A program made the position numbers and the translations under genes. A stretch of DNA of 53,994 nt from Microcystaceae cyanobacterium (lineage in GTDB: Bacteria; Cyanobacteriota; Cyanobacteriia; Cyanobacteriales; Microcystaceae), in the NCBI GenBank assembly GCA_041746575.1, contig JBGTGT010000126.1, positions 1 through 53,994 of the forward strand, written 5' to 3'. This document shows positions 47,528 to 53,994 of the stretch, piece after piece. Each line of letters begins with the position of its first letter. Positions within the stretch are counted from its first letter, which is position 1. Under the pieces are notes generated by a model. That model saw nothing but the letters and a program-made list of their open reading frames with translations. It was not told where the DNA came from and did not search any database.

Positions 47528-50026
47528 TCATGATAAATAAGTAATGGTCACCCCTGAACCCCCTTCATTCTGAGGTGCAAGCTCAAATTTAGTCACTTGA
47601 GGATGATTTTTTAAAAATTCATGGACTCCTTCCCGTAATTTACCAGTTCCCTTGCCATGAATAATCCAGAGTACTCCAGACTCCGTTGCAAGAGCGATCG
47701 CTGTTTCTAAATCAGACTCTGCCTCTGCGACTCGACTGCCGCGTAAATCAATCGTATTGCGAGACGTACGAATTAAGGGGACGGTTTTTGGCGTAATTTG
47801 TCGTTCTTCGGGTTCTCGTTTGACTTGAGCTTTTTGGGCAATTTCGACTTTTTTACCATCTAAAGACACAATATCCGTTAAATTGACCGTCATTTTCATG
47901 AAACCAAAGCGAACCGTTGCTGTTTGCGCTTCCTCATTCATTTCTAACACTTCAGCCGTTTGTCCGATATTGGGAATGCGTACTTTTTCCCCAACTTGGG
48001 GTAAATATTTCACCACAGGTGCTTTTGAAACCTTTGATTGTTCTTGGGTGATCTTATCAAGGTTTTCGGTGGCTTTTTGAGCATTCTGAGCCGTTTTTGT
48101 GCCTTGTTGCAATTCGCGAATCACTTGTGCAATTTCTGCTTTAGCTAATGCGATCGCTTTTTGAATCTCTTGTTCCTGATATTGTTTTAAAGTGTGTTCT
48201 CTGTCTTGTAAATTGGCCGCTTTATGGGAAACTTCTGCATAAAATTGTTCGGTTTTCTGCAATAAACTTTGAGCTTCTGCCGCCTTCAGTTCTTGTTCTC
48301 GTCTTTGTGCTTCTAATCCTGCAATGACTTCATTAATCTCTTGAGAGAATCTCCCTACTTGGTTTTTTGCTTCTTCTACAATCTGGGTATCTAATCCCAA
48401 CCGTTGCGCAATCGTTAAAGCGTTGGAACGTCCCGGAATCCCCCATAATAGACGATAAGTGGGGGAAAGACTCTGATCATCGAATTCGACAGAGGCATTT
48501 TCAAATCGGGAATCTTGATATTTTAGTGCCTTTAATTCACCATAATGAGTTGTTGCTATTGTTAATAAGGCATTATCCGCTAAATATTTCAGTAAAGCAA
48601 TGGCTAAGGCACTCCCTTCTGAAGGATCTGTTCCTGCCCCCACTTCATCTAGTAAAATTAAAGACGTTACTTTGGTTTTCTCTTGTTTTGAAAGGGTTTC
48701 AAATTTATCCTCTAATATAAAAGAAGAAGAATCCATCTCCTCTTGTTTTGTAGCATTTCCCAATCCCTGTCTTTTTAACGCGTCGATAATACGAGTAATT
48801 CGACGAATGTGTCCCGAAAAAGTCGATAAACTTTGTTCAATAGATTGCTCATCTCCAATATCCGCTAAAATTTGACCAAACCAAGGAATTTCAACAGGTT
48901 CTTTGGCAGGAATAAATAATCCCACTTTCGCCATTAGAGCCGCTAATCCCACTGTTTTCAAGGTAACCGTTTTTCCTCCTGTATTGGGACCTGTGATCGC
49001 TACGACTCGAATTTGAGGATCAATTTGCACGTTGATAGGAACAACCTTTGACCCTTCTTCGTGGTGTTGTTGCCAGATTAACAGAGGATGACGTAATTGA
49101 CGCAAACTTATGACTTCATTTTTCTGAAAATTCACAAATTGAGGTGGATTTGCCTCTAACCACAAACTATAACGCGCTCTTGCCGTGGCTAAATCAAGGG
49201 TGGTGGCAATGTATAAAAGATATTCAAGATCTTCAAAGCATTCTGCGATATTATTAGTCAATTTTCTGAGAATTACTTCCTCTTCTACTTTCTCTTGCCG
49301 TATCATTTGCCGCAGCTTATTTCCCCATTCCACCACGCTATTGGGTTCAACATACAACGTTGCCCCTGTACTAGAGGTGTCATGAATAATACCGGGAATT
49401 TGGTCTTTTTGAGGAGCTTTAACGGGCAGAACAAAGCGATCGCTTCTTTGCGTGATTACAGATTCTTGGAGAGCATTTCCCTTGATTTGAATTAATCTTT
49501 GCAATTTTTGATAAATTTGCTCCCGTAAACTTTTAAGATTTTGGCGAATCTGTCCGAGTTTGACGCTTGCCCGATCAGTTACCTTGCCTTCTTCGTCAAT
49601 ACAATGGTAAATTTCCTGTTCTAGTTCGGGATAGGTGCGTATATCGGCGACCAATGCGCTTAAGGTGGGTAAATCTTCTTGATCTTCAATGGTTCTCCGT
49701 AAACGTCGCATTCCAGCTAAGGTCGTCGCAATTTGCAGTAATTCCTTGCCTGATAGCAATCCCCCTAAATTTGCCCGTTCTAACCCGTCCCCGATGTCGC
49801 TAATGCCTTCAAATGACCAATTAACTACACTTTGCTCTAAAATACAGGTTTCTTTCGTCTGAGCGAGTAATTCTCTGCTTTCTTCTTTATTATCTGGTAT
49901 AACCAAATTTTGGGACGCAATTGACCCTAGTTTTGTCGCTGAAAAGGTTGACAGTTGTTGACACAGACGCGGCCATTCTAACAGGGTTAAGGTTTCTTCT
50001 GTAATCAATTGTAAATCTTTGCTCAC
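47528..50026 (-). CDS. mutS2: Endonuclease MutS2
   Basis: TGPNTGGKT, SLSTFSGH, LDEVGAGTDP and a C-terminal Smr domain (IHGKGTG). Confidence 0.96.
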   Translation of the reverse strand: MSKDLQLITEETLTLLEWPRLCQQLSTFSATKLGSIASQNLVIPDNKEESRELLAQTKETCILEQSVVNWSFEGISDIGDGLERANLGGLLSGKELLQIATTLAGMRRLRRTIEDQEDLPTLSALVADIRTYPELEQEIYHCIDEEGKVTDRASVKLGQIRQNLKSLREQIYQKLQRLIQIKGNALQESVITQRSDRFVLPVKAPQKDQIPGIIHDTSSTGATLYVEPNSVVEWGNKLRQMIRQEKVEEEVILRKLTNNIAECFEDLEYLLYIATTLDLATARARYSLWLEANPPQFVNFQKNEVISLRQLRHPLLIWQQHHEEGSKVVPINVQIDPQIRVVAITGPNTGGKTVTLKTVGLAALMAKVGLFIPAKEPVEIPWFGQILADIGDEQSIEQSLSTFSGHIRRITRIIDALKRQGLGNATKQEEMDSSSFILEDKFETLSKQEKTKVTSLILLDEVGAGTDPSEGSALAIALLKYLADNALLTIATTHYGELKALKYQDSRFENASVEFDDQSLSPTYRLLWGIPGRSNALTIAQRLGLDTQIVEEAKNQVGRFSQEINEVIAGLEAQRREQELKAAEAQSLLQKTEQFYAEVSHKAANLQDREHTLKQYQEQEIQKAIALAKAEIAQVIRELQQGTKTAQNAQKATENLDKITQEQSKVSKAPVVKYLPQVGEKVRIPNIGQTAEVLEMNEEAQTATVRFGFMKMTVNLTDIVSLDGKKVEIAQKAQVKREPEERQITPKTVPLIRTSRNTIDLRGSRVAEAESDLETAIALATESGVLWIIHGKGTGKLREGVHEFLKNHPQVTKFELAPQNEGGSGVTITYLS

Positions 50027-50507
50027 TTTATTTAGACATTAAGCTTTATTGTAAGCGATAAAATGAGGATTGGGGTTAGGTATCTTGCCCGTTTTCTATC
50101 TAGGGACATAATTTCTGAGAGACGGTTTATCTCAACCCTCTTAAAACAGTAGAGCAGATAAATCAGAGGATTATCGACACTAATAATAGACCAACAAAGA
50201 TTACTCTTTTTACGAAATAATTAATATGGATGGCAAGTCCAAAAACTTTTCTCGATTTAATTAAACTTCTTTTACCCTTTCTTTCAGCGTTTTAATAAAG
50301 GGTTTTATCCTATCTAAAATGCAAGATATTGGACAAATAATCAAGCAAAGGATACCCTAACTTAAGTTACTCGAAAGATGCCCCATTTTTAAAAAGACTA
50401 CCCCGCAAAAATTAAGCCAAAACAATTCTTAAAAACGAATAAACCTCTATTTTGTTGCCTCCGATGATTGACGAATAGCGCAACGCAACGCAGATTCCTT
50501 CGAGATC

Positions 50508-50570
50508 GCCTCCTCAATCATTTGTCTTTTCGGGCAAAGCCTCCTCAATCATTTGTCTTTTCGGGCAAAG
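50508..50570. repeat. Perfect 31-bp tandem duplication in the rpsO promoter region
   Basis: GCCTCCTCAATCATTTGTCTTTTCGGGCAAA occurs twice, directly before TGGTATAAT (50572-50580). Confidence 0.9.
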
Positions 50571-50631
50571 ATGGTATAATTATAGATTGCAGTGTCAATT
50601 TTAAGTATAAATTACGATTCATCACGAGATC

Positions 50632-50901
50632 ATGGCTTTAACGCAAACGCAAAAACAAGAACTGATTAGTGCTTACCAAGTCCACGAAACCGACACGGGA
50701 TCTTCCGATTTACAAGTGGCTTTCTTAACCGAGCGAATTTCCCAATTAACGGAACATCTTAAGAAAAACCCCAAAGATCATGCCTCTCGTCGGGGTCTGC
50801 TGAAAATGATTGGTCATCGCAGACGGCTGTTAGGTTATATTAATCAAAAAGATACTGAACGCTATCAAAACTTAATTAAGCGTCTCGGTATTCGTCGTTA
50901 A
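50632..50901 (+). CDS. rpsO: 30S ribosomal protein S15
   Basis: DTGS...QVA.LT.RI..L..HL....KDH.SRRGLL motif. Confidence 0.98.
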   Translation: MALTQTQKQELISAYQVHETDTGSSDLQVAFLTERISQLTEHLKKNPKDHASRRGLLKMIGHRRRLLGYINQKDTERYQNLIKRLGIRR

Positions 50902-50916
50902 TCATCCTTCTTCTCT

Positions 50917-51387
50917 ATGCCTTCTTCTTCACCGCGGGGTTCTCTGCCCTTTGAACCTCGTTCCAAAAAAGCGAAAAAAACGAAAAAAGCCGAGAATCAA
51001 CCGATAAAATCCTCCCCAGAAATTGACCAATCGGTGACACCCTCGGCCACCCCTAGCTTACAGACTATTCCTGATAGTGTCAGTAAACGCATGATTTGGC
51101 GCATGGCTCTTTTTTGTGGGATTCCCAGTGCATTAGGGATGGCTTCCTTCATCGTTGCCTACTTTGTGGTGAGCAATGAGTGGTTTGCCTTGCCGTCTTA
51201 TGCGGTTTTGTTGGTGAGTCTAGGCTTTTTTGGCTTAGGCATTTTAGGGCTGAGTTACGGTATTTTTTCTGCCTCTTGGGATGAAGATAGAGGGGGAACA
51301 CTACTCGGTTGGCAAGAATTTAAACTGAATTTAGGCAGAACCATCGAAGCATGGCGTAAAGAACGCCGAAATATGAAAGAAAATTAG
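50917..51387 (+). CDS. pam68: PAM68 family photosystem II assembly protein
   Basis: LPFEP, IP..VS.RM and LSYGIFSASWDE motifs. Conserved position after rpsO. Confidence 0.88.
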   Translation: MPSSSPRGSLPFEPRSKKAKKTKKAENQPIKSSPEIDQSVTPSATPSLQTIPDSVSKRMIWRMALFCGIPSALGMASFIVAYFVVSNEWFALPSYAVLLVSLGFFGLGILGLSYGIFSASWDEDRGGTLLGWQEFKLNLGRTIEAWRKERRNMKEN

Positions 51388-51410
51388 CCCTGAGTCGGGA
51401 AATTACCATT

Positions 51411-52472
51411 ATGATTATTGTCATGAAATCGGGATCGCCAGAAGCGGAAATTAACCGTATTATTCAAGAAGTGAAAGAATGGGGACTTACTCCCGAAAAA
51501 ATTCAAGGAATTCACCAGATTGTTCTGGGTTTAGTGGGAGATACCGCCTCTTTGGAAATGACACGTATTGAAGAATTAAGTCCTTGGATAGAATCCGTTT
51601 TACGGGTGGGTAAACCTTTTAAACGTGCCAGTTTAGAATTTCGTCATGGACAATATAGCGAAGTATTGGTGCCTACTCCTAACGGTGTAATTCCTTTCGG
51701 GAAAGATCACCCCATTGTTATTGTCGCAGGCCCTTGTTCCGTCGAAAATGAAGCAATGATCGTCGAAACCGCCTTAAGGGTTAAAAAAGCGGGAGCTACC
51801 TTTCTCAGAGGGGGTGCTTATAAACCCAGAACCTCTCCCTATGCGTTTCAAGGTCATGGAGAAAGCGCGCTAGAATTATTGACTACAGCACGTCAAGCCA
51901 GTGGTTTAGGCATTATCACTGAAGTGATGGACACAGCAGATGTAGAAAAAATTGCCGAAGTTGCTGATGTTGTGCAGGTTGGTGCCAGAAATATGCAGAA
52001 TTTTGCCCTTCTCAAGAAAGTCGGTGCGCAAAATAAACCTGTTTTACTCAAACGCGGTATGTCAGCCACCATTGATGAATGGTTGATGGCGGCAGAATAC
52101 ATCTTAGCGGCGGGAAATCCAAATGTTATCCTTTGCGAGCGAGGGATTCGTACCTTTGATCAGCAATATACTCGTAATGTCTTGGATTTAGCAGTGATTC
52201 CCGTTTTACGCAGTTTAACCCATCTGCCGATTATGATTGATCCCAGCCATGGTACGGGTAAATCTGATTATGTCCCTGCGATGGCGGCGGCGGCGATGGC
52301 GGCAGGAACGGATTCTCTGATGATTGAAGTTCATCCCAACCCTGCTAGAGCCTTATCTGACGGGCCACAATCTTTGACACCTGAACGGTTTGACCGTTTG
52401 CTATTAGAAGAACTATCAGTGATGGGTAAAGCTGTCGGACGGTGGAAAGAATCAAGGATAGCGATGGTTTAA
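51411..52472 (+). CDS. aroF: DAHP synthase (type I-beta)
   Basis: [26 protein letters not shown] and DPSHGTG motifs. Confidence 0.93.
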   Translation: MIIVMKSGSPEAEINRIIQEVKEWGLTPEKIQGIHQIVLGLVGDTASLEMTRIEELSPWIESVLRVGKPFKRASLEFRHGQYSEVLVPTPNGVIPFGKDHPIVIVAGPCSVENEAMIVETALRVKKAGATFLRGGAYKPRTSPYAFQGHGESALELLTTARQASGLGIITEVMDTADVEKIAEVADVVQVGARNMQNFALLKKVGAQNKPVLLKRGMSATIDEWLMAAEYILAAGNPNVILCERGIRTFDQQYTRNVLDLAVIPVLRSLTHLPIMIDPSHGTGKSDYVPAMAAAAMAAGTDSLMIEVHPNPARALSDGPQSLTPERFDRLLLEELSVMGKAVGRWKESRIAMV

Positions 52473-52828
52473 TCTTTCTCAATGCAAGAAATACTTGACC
52501 GTTGTCATATCTTTTTTAAGCTGGGAGACATCTTCTTTAATGTGCTTGATTTCTTGCTTTATTTCAGAAGTATCCCGCTCAAGGAGGGTCATTCTCTCAC
52601 CAGTCTGTGTCAACTTCTCTAAGACTGCTCCTTACCATCGCGTGTCTGCTGTCATCATCGCCTGAAGAATTGAACTTAACCGAATCTGTCCCTTCTTAAT
52701 CCTATCTCAAATAAATCCAGGGAGAACCGACCTATAATAAGGGGGAAATTTCCCCTGCTTTTAAGTAGTCGATTTGTCTTTTTCTGCTTATCCTAAAAGA
52801 TAGGACTATTTTATAATTTTCAATAGGA

Positions 52829-53188
52829 GTGAATAATCCGATGAATAGATTTGGCGATATTGTGCAAAAAGCAATGTACTTAGGTATTGGTTTAGCTTCC
52901 TACGCTGGGGAAAATTTGCAAGAATTGCGAGAACAAGCCCAAAAATTAGCAGATGAGATGGTTGTGCGGGGTAAAATGAATACAGAAGAAGCGCGTCGCT
53001 ATGTGGATGAGTTAGTGCAACAAGCACAACAAGATATGCAACAGCAACCAGATAGTACCTCAGAAATCAAAGAACCTCGTCCTATCGAAATTGTAGAAGA
53101 AGAAGAAAATCCAGAACAAGAAATTGATCACCTTCGTCAACAGGTACAAGCTTTACAAGACCAATTACGTAATCTTAAACAAAATTAA
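52829..53188 (+). CDS. Phasin-like / granule-associated family protein
   Basis: KAMYLGIGLAS...DEMV.RG.M.TEEAR pattern with a coiled-coil tail. Confidence 0.7.
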   Translation: MNNPMNRFGDIVQKAMYLGIGLASYAGENLQELREQAQKLADEMVVRGKMNTEEARRYVDELVQQAQQDMQQQPDSTSEIKEPRPIEIVEEEENPEQEIDHLRQQVQALQDQLRNLKQN

Positions 53189-53278
53189 GCTCAGGAGGGT
53201 TTATTTCTCGGAAAACTTGTTAACTCAGCCCTTCTATGATCAATGTTCTTTTACAATTTCGATTAAACCGTTAACATT

Positions 53279-53674
53279 ATGGAAAATTGGGACAAATCCT
53301 TTGCTGAATTCTTAACCTCTTTCACTGACACCGTGGAACAATTTTTTGAAGAAGCAGGTCAGGTTGCTGAAGAAATTACGCGGGATCTTCAAGGGGAAAT
53401 CGTTGATGAACTAGAATTATTTTGGCGAGAAGTTATTGAACCTTTTCTAGATATTGAACTTAATATTGATATTCATTCAGCCGATAGTCTGTTTGATGAT
53501 TTTTTAGCCGATGAATTAAACCCCCGCATCCAGCCTTCAGCGACTTATCATCCTGCTTGTATTAATTGTCGTCATTTTCACGGTCGTATTTACGGGGGGA
53601 CACCCCTCATTTGTGGAATGCACCCTTATGGTTGGGAAGGAGAAAGATGTCCCGATTGGGAAAAGAAAGAATAG
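53279..53674 (+). CDS. Conserved cyanobacterial hypothetical protein with a Cys-rich C-terminus
   Basis: PACINCRHFHG..YGG..LICGMHPYG....CPDW motif. Confidence 0.75.
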   Translation: MENWDKSFAEFLTSFTDTVEQFFEEAGQVAEEITRDLQGEIVDELELFWREVIEPFLDIELNIDIHSADSLFDDFLADELNPRIQPSATYHPACINCRHFHGRIYGGTPLICGMHPYGWEGERCPDWEKKE

Positions 53675-53994
53675 CCTAAAATCAGAACTTAAGTTTATCT
53701 GAAAGCGACAACCAAGATCAAACGGGTCAGCGTAATGTTTAAATAAACAGTCTGAATAAAGATAAAAAACGCTTTTAAGCGTGGCTCAAGAGAAATACCG
53801 TTTGGCTATTGCTGAGCAGATTATGGCTAGGAAAGACAAATTCTGATTACCTCAACTCTACAGTTGTAGATAGAATAAAGGAGTAAAAGTAAGCCCAGGA
53901 AGGGATGAAACAAGAATCTCTGAATTTGTTTCTTAGTGGAGAGGAGCTAGAAGCTCTGTGCCTATGGAGTAATAGCCTTAAATCATTCCAGCAA

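Noticed and set aside
47883..49803. Several short plus-strand ORFs inside mutS2 (likewise inside tnsC, trpE, ffh, pdhC and the kinase)
   Set aside because: They are antisense shadows of well-supported genes, with no independent evidence.

Overview
This is cyanobacterial (Chroococcales-like) chromosomal DNA. It carries beta-carboxysome ccm genes, psaD and PAM68, and HIP1 sites (GCGATCGC) are frequent. Bases 14761-53994 are mostly core genome: glmS, trpE, psaD, recQ, a DICT-GAF histidine kinase, tRNA-Ser(CGA), ffh, pdhC, dps, iscA, xseA, a Yfr2-like sRNA, ccmK x3-ccmL-ccmM-ccmN, mutS2, rpsO and aroF. Bases ~385-14744 are the right-hand part of a Tn7-like transposon inserted just downstream of glmS. 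Its right end (TGT plus TnsB-binding sites) is at 14744, followed by tnsA, tnsB, tnsC and a short, frameshifted tniQ. The transposon carries an integron: an intact IntI, an attI core at 7740-7746 and a cassette array. The array holds an Eco47II-like restriction-modification pair, two ABM monooxygenases, a ~900-codon TM0106 (Cas4-like/RNase H-like)-IS66 DDE transposase fusion interrupted by one TGA, and a small-protein/retropepsin-like protease pair ending at a canonical attC (385-470). The left Tn7 end is not in the window. The most notable items are the Tn7-borne integron, the nuclease-transposase fusion, the eroded attC sites, the short TniQ with no visible targeting partner, and a chimeric third ccmK carrying R28Q/D49N. 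All family calls rest on motifs recognised by eye; no database search was run.
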